This document shows positions 29,055 through 40,213 of a DNA stretch of 64,000 bases, piece after piece (position 1 is the stretch's first letter; every line of letters begins with the position of its first letter). Both the position numbers and the translations under genes were made by a program. Where the stretch lies: the NCBI GenBank assembly GCA_963677925.2, contig CAXXYH010000004.1, positions 2,464,001 to 2,528,000 on the forward strand, read 5' to 3'. This stretch comes from Spirochaetia bacterium (GTDB lineage: Bacteria > Spirochaetota > Spirochaetia > UBA9216). The notes beneath the pieces were generated by a model, which worked only from the letters and a program-made list of their open reading frames with translations, was not told the origin of the DNA and did no database searches.

Positions 29055-32000
29055 ATGGCTAAGAAAGTATTGACGATTGACGGTAACGAAGCGGCGGCTC
29101 ATGTATCCTACGCATTCACCGAGATTGCCACTATATATCCAATTACACCCTCATCCCCGATGGCCGAGAAAGTAGACGAATGGTCCGCAGTTGGCAGAAA
29201 AAACATCTTCGGACAGCCGGTAAGGCTTGTTGAGATGCAGTCGGAAGCCGGAGCTGCCGGTGCTATGCATGGAACCCTTGAAGCGGGTGCACTTGCTACG
29301 ACTTATACGGCCTCACAGGGCCTTCTTTTAATGATTCCGCCCATGTACAGGATGGCAGGACAGCTTCATCCGGCGGTTATGCATGTGAGCTCCAGAACAC
29401 TCGGCACACATGCCTTTTCTATATTCGGAGATCATTCAGACGTAATGAGCTGTCGGCAGACCGGTTTTGCCATGCTTGCAAGCTCAAGTGTACAGGAAAT
29501 TGCCGACCTGGCCGCAGTAGCCCATATGTCGGCAATTAAGGCCCGTGTTCCATTTCTTCATTTCTTTGACGGTTTCAGGACTTCGCATGAAATTCAGAAG
29601 GCTGAATTTCTCGAATATGAAGACTATGCAAAACTGGTTGATATGGACGCGGTAAACGCTTTTCGCAGAAGAGCTCTCAACCCGGAACACCCGGTAATGA
29701 AGAGTACTGTTCAGAATCCCGATATGTTCTTTCAGGCCAGAGAGGCGATTAACCCTTACTACAACCAGGTTACTCCGATTGTTGAAGAGTACATGGAAAA
29801 AATGAACAGTATCACCGGCAGGAAGCTGGGACTGTTCAATTACTACGGAGATCCGCAGGCTGAAAATATAATAATAGCCATGGGTTCAGTAAGCGGTACA
29901 ATTGAAGAAACCGTTGATTACCTTCGCGGAAAAGGTGAAAAGGTCGGTTTCATTCAGGTTCACCTGTACAGACCTTTCTCTGTTAAGCATCTGCTTGATC
30001 TTATTCCGGCAAGTGCAAAGAACATTAGCGTGCTTGACCGGACAAAGGAGCCCGGAGCCATCGGTGAACCGCTGTACGTTGATGTTACATCAGCTGTTTA
30101 TTCTGCAGGACGGCAGATTCGAATCACCGGCGGCCGTTATGGACTTTCCTCAAAGGATACTACACCTGCCCAGATAGCCGGAGTCTTTGCGAACATGAGA
30201 TCTGCCGAACCTAAAAACGGCTTTACAATCGGTATTGAAGATGATGTGACCCATCTTTCACTAAAAGACGAACCGGTTTATATAGAAACTAAAAACATCA
30301 GCTGCAAGTTCTGGGGGCTCGGTTCGGACGGAACAGTCGGTGCAAACAAAAACACTATTAAAATTATCGGCGACTATACAGATCAGAATGTTCAGGCTTA
30401 TTTTGAATACGATACCAAGAAATCATACGGAATTACCAAATCAAACCTCCGCTTCGGAAATGAAAAGATACGCTCCAGTTATCTGGTAAAATCAGCAGAT
30501 TTTGTAGCCTGCCACAATGCATCATTCATTGACAAGTACGACATGCTGACGGATCTAAAACCCGGAGGAACCTTCCTTCTTAACTGCGGCTGGAATGCTG
30601 ATGAGCTTGAAGCCAACCTGCCTTCATCGGTTAAGAAAGGCCTGGCGGATAAGAATGTGAATTTCTTTACCATTGATGCAACTGCAATTGCTGAAGAGCT
30701 TGGCCTTGGAAACAGGACAAATACGGTACTTCAGGCCTCTTTCTTTAAACTTGCAAATATTATTCCTGTTGATGATGCTGTTAAGTACATGAAGGAAGGC
30801 ATCAAAAAGACCTACTTCAAAAAGGGTGAGGCTGTTATCAAGCTTAACTATGATGCCGTGGATAAGGGTATTGACGGAGCAGTCAGGGTGAATGTCCCTG
30901 AAGCCTGGAAATCAGCACCTGCCGATCCCGTTCATCCGGTAAATCCAGAATGGCCGTCATTCGTAAAGAATATACTGATTCCCGCAAATGCGCAGCGGGG
31001 CGATGAACTTCCGGTTAGTGCATTCAACGATATTGTTGACGGTGCTGTAAAGCTTGGAACCTCCCAGTATGAAAAACGCGGCATAGCCGTGAGTATTCCC
31101 GTATGGCAGCCGGAGAAATGTATTCAGTGCAATCAGTGTGCATATGTCTGTCCCCATGCTGTAATCCGCCCCTTCCTGCTGACAGACGAAGAGGCTTCCA
31201 ATGCTCCCGAGGGATTCAAGCTTGCAGAAACAAAGGGCAAGATGCCTGAGGGGCTTAAGTACAGTATTCAGGTCAGTACAATGGACTGTACCGGCTGCGG
31301 TATATGCGAAAACACATGTCCGGCAAAGGAAAAGGCTCTTGTAATGACGCCTTTTACTCCGAGCGCCGAATATGACGCATGCTGGGAGTACGCTTTTAAA
31401 CTGCCTGAGAAGGAAAATCCTGTTAGAAAGACTACGGTCAAGGGCAGTCAGTTTGAACAGCCTCTGCTTGAGTTCTCCGGTGCATGCGCCGGCTGCGGCG
31501 AAACACCCTATATCAAGGTTGTTACCCAGCTTTACGGCGACAAGATGTATTTTGCCAACGCTACCGGCTGTACCCAGGCATGGGGCGCCGCGATGCCTTC
31601 AATACCTTATACCGTAAATAAGAAAGGGAAAGGGCCGGCATGGTCGAATTCCCTGTTTGAAAATAATGCAGAGTTCAGCCTCGGAATGGCGCTTGCCGTA
31701 ACCCAGCAGAGAAACCGCCTTAAGGATCTGGCCTCCGGGCTTCTTGAAAGCACCCCTGACAGTGAACTAAAAGAGTCTATTACAAAATGGCTTGATACCT
31801 TCAGCAGTGATGCCGAATCTGAAGCCGCCTCAGTAGAACTTATATCGAAGCTTAAAGCATACAGCCCCTCAGCAGAGGAAAAGGATGCGGTTTCGGTTAT
31901 CCTTGAAAACGATGATCAGCTTGCAAAGAAGATGATGTGGATGATAGGCGGGGACGGCTGGGCCTATGATATCGGCTACGGCGGTCTTGATCATGTTCTT

Positions 32001-32579
32001 GCCCTCGGCGAGGACATCAACATCCTGATTCTTGATACAGAGGTGTATTCAAATACAGGCGGTCAGTCTTCAAAGGCTACCCCCATTGGAGCAGTGGCAC
32101 AGTTTGCTGCCTCGGGTAAGAAGGTCGGCAAGAAGGATCTTGCCGCCCAGGCTATTGCCTACGGAAACGTTTATGTTGCTCAGGTAGCAATGGGAGCCAA
32201 CCAGGGACATCTTATCAAGGTTCTTGAGGAAGCGGTCAATTATCCCGGACCGTCTCTCGTAATTGCATATGCACCCTGTATAGCACACGGCCTTAAGCGC
32301 GGAATGAAGGATGCTCAGGAGGAAATGAAGCTGGCGGTAGATACAGGTTACTGGCATCTGTTCAGGTATAATCCCGCTCTAAAGGATGAGGGGCAAAATC
32401 CATTCCAGCTTGATTCAAAGGAACCTTCGGTTGAGCTTGGAGAGTTCCTGAAGAGGGAAACAAGATATTCCGCGCTTGAGATTACATTCCCTGATGAGGC
32501 AGAAAGGCTTTTTGCCGAAGCTGAACGTCAGGTGAAGGAAAAATTCCGCAAATATAAGATGATGAGTGAGAGTTATTAG
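29055..32579 (+). CDS. nifJ: Pyruvate:ferredoxin (flavodoxin) oxidoreductase
   Basis: YPITPSS, MQSEAGAAG, FFDGFRTSHE, CIQCNQC, CTGCGIC, FSGACAGCGETPY, GGDGWAYDIG, YSNTGGQ. Confidence 0.97.
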   Translation: MAKKVLTIDGNEAAAHVSYAFTEIATIYPITPSSPMAEKVDEWSAVGRKNIFGQPVRLVEMQSEAGAAGAMHGTLEAGALATTYTASQGLLLMIPPMYRMAGQLHPAVMHVSSRTLGTHAFSIFGDHSDVMSCRQTGFAMLASSSVQEIADLAAVAHMSAIKARVPFLHFFDGFRTSHEIQKAEFLEYEDYAKLVDMDAVNAFRRRALNPEHPVMKSTVQNPDMFFQAREAINPYYNQVTPIVEEYMEKMNSITGRKLGLFNYYGDPQAENIIIAMGSVSGTIEETVDYLRGKGEKVGFIQVHLYRPFSVKHLLDLIPASAKNISVLDRTKEPGAIGEPLYVDVTSAVYSAGRQIRITGGRYGLSSKDTTPAQIAGVFANMRSAEPKNGFTIGIEDDVTHLSLKDEPVYIETKNISCKFWGLGSDGTVGANKNTIKIIGDYTDQNVQAYFEYDTKKSYGITKSNLRFGNEKIRSSYLVKSADFVACHNASFIDKYDMLTDLKPGGTFLLNCGWNADELEANLPSSVKKGLADKNVNFFTIDATAIAEELGLGNRTNTVLQASFFKLANIIPVDDAVKYMKEGIKKTYFKKGEAVIKLNYDAVDKGIDGAVRVNVPEAWKSAPADPVHPVNPEWPSFVKNILIPANAQRGDELPVSAFNDIVDGAVKLGTSQYEKRGIAVSIPVWQPEKCIQCNQCAYVCPHAVIRPFLLTDEEASNAPEGFKLAETKGKMPEGLKYSIQVSTMDCTGCGICENTCPAKEKALVMTPFTPSAEYDACWEYAFKLPEKENPVRKTTVKGSQFEQPLLEFSGACAGCGETPYIKVVTQLYGDKMYFANATGCTQAWGAAMPSIPYTVNKKGKGPAWSNSLFENNAEFSLGMALAVTQQRNRLKDLASGLLESTPDSELKESITKWLDTFSSDAESEAASVELISKLKAYSPSAEEKDAVSVILENDDQLAKKMMWMIGGDGWAYDIGYGGLDHVLALGEDINILILDTEVYSNTGGQSSKATPIGAVAQFAASGKKVGKKDLAAQAIAYGNVYVAQVAMGANQGHLIKVLEEAVNYPGPSLVIAYAPCIAHGLKRGMKDAQEEMKLAVDTGYWHLFRYNPALKDEGQNPFQLDSKEPSVELGEFLKRETRYSALEITFPDEAERLFAEAERQVKEKFRKYKMMSESY

Positions 32580-32582
32580 ACC

Positions 32583-32873
32583 ATGGAAGAAAAAAGATAC
32601 CCAAGAAATTATTTTTCGAGTCTCGGCATCTCAATCGGCGTGCCGGTTGGAGTTGCGCTGGGGCTGATTTTCGGTAACCTTGGAATTGGTGTTACAGTCG
32701 GCTTAAGTGCCGGTGTCATCGTGGGCCGCCTTCTAGAAAAGAAGAAAAATCCCAATCCGCTGGATCAGGACAGTGAAGAGCATGCAAAAGGACGTAAGAG
32801 GCTTCTTTTGATGTTTCTTATAGGTGATGCTGTTTTTCTTGCCCTCGCAGCTTATATTGTTCTTAGCAGATAG
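32583..32873 (+). CDS. Small Gly-zipper membrane protein, unknown function
   Basis: GxxxG-rich hydrophobic hairpin plus a C-terminal TM; begins 3 bp after PFOR. Confidence 0.6.
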   Translation: MEEKRYPRNYFSSLGISIGVPVGVALGLIFGNLGIGVTVGLSAGVIVGRLLEKKKNPNPLDQDSEEHAKGRKRLLLMFLIGDAVFLALAAYIVLSR

Positions 32874-32894
32874 GCTGACTGATTTTATTGATCA

Positions 32895-32932
32895 AACCCC
32901 TTTTTCGGAATGAATAATCCGCAAAAGGGGTT
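32895..32932. terminator. Hairpin between convergent genes (terminator)
   Basis: AACCCCTTTTTCGGA...TCCGCAAAAGGGGTT. Confidence 0.7.
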
Positions 32933-32946
32933 ATCTGTTTTCCGGC

Positions 32947-34059
32947 TCATTCAAATGTTGCAGCCACATCCTTCAGATGTTTTATTATTTCGATATGCTG
33001 CGGGCAGTTACTTTCACAGACTCCGCATTCAATACAGTCTGAAGCTTTCCCATGATTTTTAATATAGTTTCCGTAGTAGACCTTCTGAACTGAAAATCCT
33101 TTGAAAATATCCTGCTTTTCGGTATTGTAAAGTGAAAAATATTCAGGAATGGCTATATTCTGCGGACAGTCGTCAACACAGTATCTGCAGGCAGTGCAGG
33201 GGACAGTGATACTGTTGTTTATTATTTTTACCGCCTTATCAATCACTGATGATTCATCTTTGGTAATCGGCTTGAATTCCTGCATATAGCCGGTATTATC
33301 TGAAAGCTGCTCATAATCAGACATTCCGCTTAGCACCGTGAATATACCTTCAAGACTGGCTGCGTACCTGATTGCCCAGGAGGCGAGGGAAGCTTCGGGT
33401 TCTGATTCTTTGAACAGCTTTTCTGCTTCTTCAGGCAGAGCGGTAAGAGTTCCTCCCTTTACCGGTTCCATTACTATGATGGGCTTTTTGTGTTTACGTG
33501 CAATTTTATAACATTTTTCTGACTGAATAGCCTTGCTTTCCCAGTCCAGGTAATTTATCTGAAGCTGAACAAAATCAATTTCAGGATGATCCGACAAGAT
33601 TGTTTCAAGCAGATCCGCATAATCATGAAACGAAAACCCTATCTGCTTTATTTTTCCCTCAGCTTTCATTTTACTGATGAACTCAAAACTTCTGCATTTT
33701 TCAGCAATTTCATAGTGGCTTTCATTCAGGTTGTGCAGAAGGTAATAATCAAAATAATCCACACCGCATTTCTCAAGCTGTTCGTTGAAAATACGCTGAT
33801 TATCCTCTTCAGATTTTAGAAACATTGTCGGAAGCTTTGTAGCTACTGTAAAACTTTCTCTGGGGTGGCGTTTAACCAGTGATTCTCTGAGAGCAATCTC
33901 GCTTTTAAAACTGTGATACATATAGGCTGTATCAAAATATGTAAACCCCCGCTCAAGAAAGGTATCAACCATTCTGTTAAGTATGTCAAAATCTACTGAT
34001 TCCTGGTTTGCAGGTTCAGTAAGCGGCAGCCGCATGAAACCGAATCCGAGTTTCTTCAT
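32947..34059 (-). CDS. Aldo/keto reductase with C-terminal [4Fe-4S] dicluster
   Basis: [50 protein letters not shown]. Confidence 0.92.
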   Translation of the reverse strand: MKKLGFGFMRLPLTEPANQESVDFDILNRMVDTFLERGFTYFDTAYMYHSFKSEIALRESLVKRHPRESFTVATKLPTMFLKSEEDNQRIFNEQLEKCGVDYFDYYLLHNLNESHYEIAEKCRSFEFISKMKAEGKIKQIGFSFHDYADLLETILSDHPEIDFVQLQINYLDWESKAIQSEKCYKIARKHKKPIIVMEPVKGGTLTALPEEAEKLFKESEPEASLASWAIRYAASLEGIFTVLSGMSDYEQLSDNTGYMQEFKPITKDESSVIDKAVKIINNSITVPCTACRYCVDDCPQNIAIPEYFSLYNTEKQDIFKGFSVQKVYYGNYIKNHGKASDCIECGVCESNCPQHIEIIKHLKDVAATFE

Positions 34060-34147
34060 AAATATTCTCCTCATCTAATTAAAGCAGATGATACGTATTA
34101 AGGTCAATATATTGAGATAATATAGATATATTCAGGGTATACTTAGA

Positions 34148-35185
34148 TTATTCGGAGCCCATATCAAACAGTATTTTCATATAGGGCTTCCCTCCGTAGA
34201 TAACATCATATGCTTTCTGAGCTTCATCAGCCTTAAACACATGGGAAATTACTCTCTCATCTTTTATGTATCCCTTTTTCAGCAGCTGGACAGCTATTTC
34301 CCATTCCCGTCCAGGCCAAGGTGCAGAATAGTTCATCCATGAACCCTTCACTGTCAGTTCCTTTCGATTAATCCGTTCCATAAGCTCCGGTTCAAATGTA
34401 GCGGACTTTGCAGCCGTACCGACCAGGACAATGGTCCCTCTTCCGTTGCAGACATTAAGTGCATCAATCTTACCAAAATTAGTTCCCGAACACTCCAGTA
34501 TGATATCAGGACGCCGGTGATTGCTGTAGTATTCTGTTAAGGGCACTGACTTTGAGTTAACAGTAAAATCGGCACCGCATTCGGCCGCGAGTGAAAGTTT
34601 TTCATCCACAACATCGGATACGGTAATACTGGCCGGTCCCATCATTTTAACTGCAGAAACAGCAAGAAGACCAATGGTGCCTGCACCTATCACCAGAACA
34701 TTTTTCCCTGCAATCGTTCCGAGCTCCAGTACAGGATGAAGACTTACAGTAATCGGTTCAAGAAGAGCTGCCTGCATTAGACTGATATCATCTCCGATAG
34801 GAATAATATTTGAAGCTTTGACTCTTACATATTCTGCAAAGGCTCCGTTTTTTCGTGAGCCTACGAAAGAGTAGCTCTCACAAAGCGAGTAATGTCCCTG
34901 CTGGCACCATTCGCATTCATGGCAGGGTTCAAGGGGCACTGCGGCAACACGGGCACCGGGTTTTATATTCTCAACCCCTGGACCAACTTCATCGACGATG
35001 CCTGAAAACTCGTGGCCGAGGGCTATTGTATTCCATTTAGGATTGTCCTCTCTGACCCGCTGAATGTCTGAGCCGCATATACCGGCATAGGCAACCCGTA
35101 CTATAACCTCTCCTTCTCCTGCGGAGGGTTTTTCTATTTCAATTGCAGATACCTTCATGGGTTCGGTTCTTATAATTGCTTTCAT
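34148..35185 (-). CDS. Zn-dependent polyol(-phosphate) dehydrogenase (GatD-like)
   Basis: GICGSD, GHEFSG, CHECEWC..C, GAGTIG, KGSWMNYSAPWPGREW. Confidence 0.88.
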   Translation of the reverse strand: MKAIIRTEPMKVSAIEIEKPSAGEGEVIVRVAYAGICGSDIQRVREDNPKWNTIALGHEFSGIVDEVGPGVENIKPGARVAAVPLEPCHECEWCQQGHYSLCESYSFVGSRKNGAFAEYVRVKASNIIPIGDDISLMQAALLEPITVSLHPVLELGTIAGKNVLVIGAGTIGLLAVSAVKMMGPASITVSDVVDEKLSLAAECGADFTVNSKSVPLTEYYSNHRRPDIILECSGTNFGKIDALNVCNGRGTIVLVGTAAKSATFEPELMERINRKELTVKGSWMNYSAPWPGREWEIAVQLLKKGYIKDERVISHVFKADEAQKAYDVIYGGKPYMKILFDMGSE

Positions 35186-36684
35186 TTTGTTTCTCCATAA
35201 ATATTCAGTTGGTGAAAAACCGGTTCAAGTCCGGAATACAGCATTTTAAAAATTTCAGAACGTTTGCGGTTCAGCTGCATGGTCTTTTCAGTCTCATCCG
35301 GATTAAAGCTTTCGCGAATGGTGATCTTCTCTGCGGCTTCCTCGAAGGAGCCGAATATTCCGGTTCCGACTCCTGCTGTTACAGCTGCGCCCAGGGAAGC
35401 CACATCATCATTTCCTGGTATTGAAATTGTACAGTTTAAAATATCTGCGAACATCCGGGCCCAGACGCTGCTGTTTGAACAGCCGCCGGTCAGTCTGACA
35501 GCATCGGGAAAAATGCCCTTTTCTCGCTGAATATCAATTATCGTACTGACTCCCAGAACATTTCCTTCCATAAGAGCCCTGTACATTTCGTTACGCGTTG
35601 TTTCCGGTGTAAGCCCGAAAAATACTCCCTTTGTGTCGTTATTCCAAAGAGGAGCCCGCTGTCCTACCATGTATGGAAGAAACATCGGGGAATGCTGATT
35701 AAGCTCAACCTGTTCTGAACCTATATTTACCCTTTCAAAGCTTTCCTCGCCAATCAGTTCCTTGAACCACTTGAGCCCGGCTCCGCCGTAATCAACACCG
35801 GCAACACTAAGCCATTTACCGTGAACTGCATGTCGGTAAAGGTGCATCCGGCTGTCATAATCAGGCTTTTCAATACAGCAGTTGACAGTTGTTACAGTTC
35901 CGGCAGAAACATAAATCTCGCGGTTTTTATACAGTCCGGCACCGGTACCTGCTGCAGCGTTGTCCATTGAGCCGCAGACTACCGGTGTTCCCTGCTTGAG
36001 CCCCGATGCAGACGCCGCCTTGGCCGAGATCGTTCCTGCTATTTCGGTGCTCTCATATATATCGGGAAGCTTCTCTGCTGAAATGCCGCAGCCCCTCAGC
36101 AGGTCTTCAGACCACTGTGAATCGGAAGTTCTGCATAACTGGGAAAGTCCGCATTCAGTTACATCCATTGTATTCAGCCCTGTAAGCTTTTTTACAAGAT
36201 AGCCATTCGCATGAAGTATCATATCGGTTTTATTATAAATTTCAGGCCGGTTATTTTTGAGCCACATCACCTTGGGGCCGAAATTGGAAGGATCATTGTG
36301 ATTTCCTGCAATCTTAAAAAAATCATTTCCGAAGATGCTGTCGATTGCACTGCATTCCTTTTCAGCCCGGCGGTCCAGCCAAAGCATAGCAGGGTGAAGC
36401 GGATTACCGCTTTTATCCAGAGCTACAACGGCGGAGGACATTGTATCTATTCCTACGGCTGCTATATCAGATGAATTGAAATCACTTTCAGCGAATATTT
36501 CAGTGGTTGATTCACAAAGAAGTTTCCACCACATCTGAGGATCCTGTTCGGCTCCATTATCTTCAGTATGATTTGTACGGTAGAACTTCTGAACACCGTA
36601 AAGTGTTTTTAACTCAGAGCTGTACAGCACTGTTTTCATACTTGTGGTGCCGAGATCTACACTAAGAATCAGGTTTTTCATCAC
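35182..36684 (-). CDS. FGGY-family carbohydrate kinase (xylulokinase-like)
   Basis: DLGTTSMK, EQDPQMWW, WLDRRA, FLPYMVGQRAP, TGGCSNS. Confidence 0.9.
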   Translation of the reverse strand: MMKNLILSVDLGTTSMKTVLYSSELKTLYGVQKFYRTNHTEDNGAEQDPQMWWKLLCESTTEIFAESDFNSSDIAAVGIDTMSSAVVALDKSGNPLHPAMLWLDRRAEKECSAIDSIFGNDFFKIAGNHNDPSNFGPKVMWLKNNRPEIYNKTDMILHANGYLVKKLTGLNTMDVTECGLSQLCRTSDSQWSEDLLRGCGISAEKLPDIYESTEIAGTISAKAASASGLKQGTPVVCGSMDNAAAGTGAGLYKNREIYVSAGTVTTVNCCIEKPDYDSRMHLYRHAVHGKWLSVAGVDYGGAGLKWFKELIGEESFERVNIGSEQVELNQHSPMFLPYMVGQRAPLWNNDTKGVFFGLTPETTRNEMYRALMEGNVLGVSTIIDIQREKGIFPDAVRLTGGCSNSSVWARMFADILNCTISIPGNDDVASLGAAVTAGVGTGIFGSFEEAAEKITIRESFNPDETEKTMQLNRKRSEIFKMLYSGLEPVFHQLNIYGETK

Positions 36685-36715
36685 TTCTCCCGTGTCTATC
36701 GTATAATTAAATATA

Positions 36716-36729
36716 GTTAATCGATTAAC
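36716..36729. promoter_or_regulatory. LacI-family operator
   Basis: Perfect palindrome GTTAATCGATTAAC with a central CG, between the kinase operon and a divergent LacI gene. Confidence 0.75.
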
Positions 36730-36905
36730 CTTTTGTAAAGTAGGCTATTCCTTAAAATGACAAAATAATAAAATAATTGATTTAAATAGTTTTTTAAAAA
36801 AATGTTTCAAAGTACCTTGTAAACTAACCGAGTTTTTCAGGAAGCTCATTGAAAAGTTTATAGACCAGTGCTAAGATTTTTACAATTAAAATACAGGAGA
36901 AATAC

Positions 36906-37904
36906 TTGGCTGCTTCAATGAAGGATGTCGCCTCACTTGCAGGAGTTTCAACTGCTACCGTATCTCATGTAATAAACCGGACCAGGAATGTTAAACCGGA
37001 AACTTACCGAAGGGTCATGGATGCAGTCAGTGAACTGCAGTACTCAGTTAACCCGGTAGCCAGGAATCTCCGAAACGGCAGATCGCGGATTATCGGATAT
37101 CTGGTTTCAAATCTGGCCAATTACTTTTATATAGAAATTTCAAGGAAAATGGAAGAAATACTATATGCTGCCGGTTACAGCGTTATTCATTTGAATACTG
37201 ATGAGGATCCGGTGAAAGAAAAAGAGAGTCTTCAGAATCTGGTCCTGCAGAATGTCGACGGTCTTATTATTGTGCCTGTCTCAAATGACTGGAGCGAGCT
37301 TGAAGATATTGTCGGAGGCAGATGTCCCTGTGTTTTCATCGACCGAAAACCACAAAACTGTCAGCATGACAGTGTCCTTTCAACCAATTATGAGGGAGCA
37401 TATGAATGTACACGTATTCTTCTGGATCGCGGATATGAGCGGGTAGGATTTCTGGCGTCACGAAGGGATACAACTATGGATGAGCGTCTGAACGGCTACC
37501 TGCAGGCATTGAAAGATACGGGACGTAAAACTGATGACAAGCTTATCAAAACCGGAAGCGGCCGGCCGATGATTACCAGGGAGCTCCAGAAGGGAGAAAG
37601 TTATTATCTGATGAAAGAGCTATATGAGGTTGAAAATATAAAGGCTTTGTTTATTGGAAATGATCTATTTGCCCTGGGTGCCTTTAATTATGTGATCGAC
37701 AATGGACTGCGTATTCCGGAAGATATTGATATTGTCACATTTGATAACCCATTCTGGCTGTCAATGCTTGATACCCCTATACCGGCAATGAGGCAGGATG
37801 TTGAGTCTATGGGTAAGGCCGCGGCTGAAATAATGCTTGAAAGACTGAAAGGTGCTGATCATGAAATTAAAGAATACCGGATTGAAACGCAGTTAATCAC
37901 TTAA
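36906..37904 (+). CDS. LacI-family transcriptional regulator
   Basis: SMKDVASLAGVSTATVSHVIN HTH, YSVNPVARNL hinge, sugar-binding domain. Confidence 0.95.
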   Translation: MAASMKDVASLAGVSTATVSHVINRTRNVKPETYRRVMDAVSELQYSVNPVARNLRNGRSRIIGYLVSNLANYFYIEISRKMEEILYAAGYSVIHLNTDEDPVKEKESLQNLVLQNVDGLIIVPVSNDWSELEDIVGGRCPCVFIDRKPQNCQHDSVLSTNYEGAYECTRILLDRGYERVGFLASRRDTTMDERLNGYLQALKDTGRKTDDKLIKTGSGRPMITRELQKGESYYLMKELYEVENIKALFIGNDLFALGAFNYVIDNGLRIPEDIDIVTFDNPFWLSMLDTPIPAMRQDVESMGKAAAEIMLERLKGADHEIKEYRIETQLIT

Positions 37905-37979
37905 CCTATGTTTTAATGCGTTAAAAAATTGAGTTCACAGCCGAAGGTTTCAATAGTATTATATTAAAAAGGGGAAACT

Positions 37980-38465
37980 ATGAGCGGACCGTTTAAAAAC
38001 ATTCTTGTTTACGTTGATGGCTCCGAAGCTTCTATTTCAGCTGCGATGTACGCAATAATTCTGGCTGAAAGTACAGGGGCTTCTCTGACCGCCGTCTATA
38101 TCATAAATACAAGAGCTTTAAGCGATCTTGTGACCGCTCATATCTTTATCAAGAGTGAAGAGGCCGAATACCAGCAGGATCTTGAAAAAGATGCTGACAG
38201 GTATCTTAAGCATGTTTCAAAACTTGCCGCAGGAAAGGGTCTCGAAATATCAACACTCAAGCTTTCCGGATCTGTAAACAAGGAAATCAAGAATATTATT
38301 AAGGAAGATAATTTTGATCTTCTTGTAATAGGCGGGGTTTCCCAAATTAGAAGCCGCAGAGACGAGTTTTACAATGAAGCCGACAGGGCAATGAGAAGTG
38401 TATCCTGTCCGGTACTGGTCGTAAAAGAAGATGAACAGCTGTGGGATCTTTTCGAGTCCCTTTAA
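37980..38465 (+). CDS. Universal stress protein (UspA family)
   Basis: FKNILVYVDGSEAS, DLLVIG, CPVLVVK. Confidence 0.9.
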   Translation: MSGPFKNILVYVDGSEASISAAMYAIILAESTGASLTAVYIINTRALSDLVTAHIFIKSEEAEYQQDLEKDADRYLKHVSKLAAGKGLEISTLKLSGSVNKEIKNIIKEDNFDLLVIGGVSQIRSRRDEFYNEADRAMRSVSCPVLVVKEDEQLWDLFESL

Positions 38466-38479
38466 AATAAGGAGTAAAG

Positions 38480-38929
38480 ATGGGGTTTATTGATTTACTT
38501 GATAAAAATCTTATAAGGGTTCCTGTAAAAGCCACCAAGAAACTTGAGCTTATTGAAGAACTTATTCAGGTCCTTGATAAGAATGGTGCACTTAAAGATC
38601 GTGAAAAGGCGCTGAACGATGTTCTGAAAAGAGAACAGATGGGCAGCACCGGCCTTGAAAAGGGAATAGCTGTTCCGCATTCAAAGACCGATGCGGTTGA
38701 AAAGATGGTTATGGCTATTGGTATTGCTCCTTCGGGAATTGATTTTAATGCACTGGATGGTAAGTCTTCCACGCTTTTCTTTATGATACTGGCTCCGCCC
38801 GACCAGTCAGGGCCCCATATTGAGGTTCTTGCCGATATTGCTCGGGCAACCAAGTCGGCTGCGCTGTGCAGACTTCTTGTAAATGCCGCTGATGCGGATG
38901 AGGTGCTTGAACTGTTTGAGGAAACCTGA
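38480..38929 (+). CDS. PTS EIIA (Fru/Mtl/Ntr type)
   Basis: REQMGSTGLEKGIAVPH phospho-His motif, FNALDG. Confidence 0.92.
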   Translation: MGFIDLLDKNLIRVPVKATKKLELIEELIQVLDKNGALKDREKALNDVLKREQMGSTGLEKGIAVPHSKTDAVEKMVMAIGIAPSGIDFNALDGKSSTLFFMILAPPDQSGPHIEVLADIARATKSAALCRLLVNAADADEVLELFEET

Positions 38930-38931
38930 TT

Positions 38932-38976
38932 AAGCCCGGCAGAAATATGCCGGAGCCGGGCTGTGAGCCGGGCTTT
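38932..38976. terminator. GC-rich inverted repeats between convergent genes
   Basis: AAGCCCGGC can pair with either of two downstream GCCGGGCT copies. Confidence 0.5.
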
Positions 38977-38980
38977 CGGC

Positions 38981-40213
38981 CTATACCTCCGAATCTTCCG
39001 GAGAAAACGGTGAAGTTTCAGTTTTGCCGGGAGCCTTTGCCGGTTCAGAACTGTGAGTAAACCGTATTGGTTCTGAAACCTTAAGCTGTACATGCGGAAA
39101 GGGAATTGATATTTTCTGTTCGTCAAACCTCTTCCATATCTCCCTGTTTGTCCAGTCTTCGGCATCATACTTATACATCACGTCATCAATCCAGGTAAAA
39201 AGGCCCAGATCAAGTCCTGAGTCGCCGAATGACCGGAACCTGGGTATCGGCTCCATATTTTTTATTGCCCAGGGATTATCCTTTCCGATTTCATACAGGA
39301 TTTTCAGCGCAATTTCGGGATTAGTGTCATAGGAAATCTGTACAAAATTCTTTACAAGGATTCTGCGGTCTTCATAGGAATAATTGTGTACCTCGTTCTG
39401 AACAAGCTTTGAATTCGGAATAATTATGCTTTCGTTTGTAAGAGTGTTAATTACTGTCGTGGAAAGTTTTATCTGCGATACAGTACCCTCAAGTCCGTTA
39501 ATCAGAATACGGTCTCCCTCTTTTACCGGGCGTGTGAAAATGATCTGAATGCCGGCTATAAAATTGGCAACTGTATTCTGAAGCCCGAAACCCAGACCAA
39601 GACCAAGCACACCGAAGATTACAGTGATGGCCGAAAGGTCAATTCCGATAACTGAAAAGCCGGTGAGTGCAACGACTACCATCACACTGTACTGCAGGAT
39701 TGAAACTACGCTGAATTTACGTGAAGCATCAAATCCAATACGATCAAGAAAGCTTGTATTAATCATCTTTCTTGAAGCTTTTCCTGCCCATGATGCAATG
39801 TAGAACACAGGAATAGTCATTATCAAAGTCAGAAAGGTGATCTTTGTGCTGCCCGATTCTATGAGAGGCTGGTTCAGTATGTTAATGAATATGCCCACGT
39901 ATTTGAGAGTCTCGGCTCCGAAAAGATTAGCCGCCAGACTGACTACTATTACCAGAAATGCGGCATTGAATATCCGTCTGATCCACAGAATGCTTCTGTC
40001 CTTTGACTTCTGCTGGATATTACTTTTTCTAATCAGGTGAAAAACTGCTCTTTTAATAAGTTTGAAAACTATAAAAATAATGATTGAAGGTAGTAGAAAT
40101 CTTAACAGCAGGTCGAAGACCGAAAACGGAAATGCAAAATCTCCGAGGCTGATTTTTGAAAATAAAATGTCTGTTGCAATAGATTTAAGCTGCATACTAA
40201 TATTAAACCTCAT
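38981..40213 (-). CDS. MscS-family mechanosensitive channel
   Basis: GLGLGFGLQNTVANFIAG, RPVKEGD, IIIPNS, ISIPFP. Confidence 0.93.
   Translation of the reverse strand: MRFNISMQLKSIATDILFSKISLGDFAFPFSVFDLLLRFLLPSIIIFIVFKLIKRAVFHLIRKSNIQQKSKDRSILWIRRIFNAAFLVIVVSLAANLFGAETLKYVGIFINILNQPLIESGSTKITFLTLIMTIPVFYIASWAGKASRKMINTSFLDRIGFDASRKFSVVSILQYSVMVVVALTGFSVIGIDLSAITVIFGVLGLGLGFGLQNTVANFIAGIQIIFTRPVKEGDRILINGLEGTVSQIKLSTTVINTLTNESIIIPNSKLVQNEVHNYSYEDRRILVKNFVQISYDTNPEIALKILYEIGKDNPWAIKNMEPIPRFRSFGDSGLDLGLFTWIDDVMYKYDAEDWTNREIWKRFDEQKISIPFPHVQLKVSEPIRFTHSSEPAKAPGKTETSPFSPEDSEV

Noticed and set aside
37980-38929. Usp-PTS EIIA gene pair as a novel system
   Set aside because: Both are common families with no unusual features visible here.
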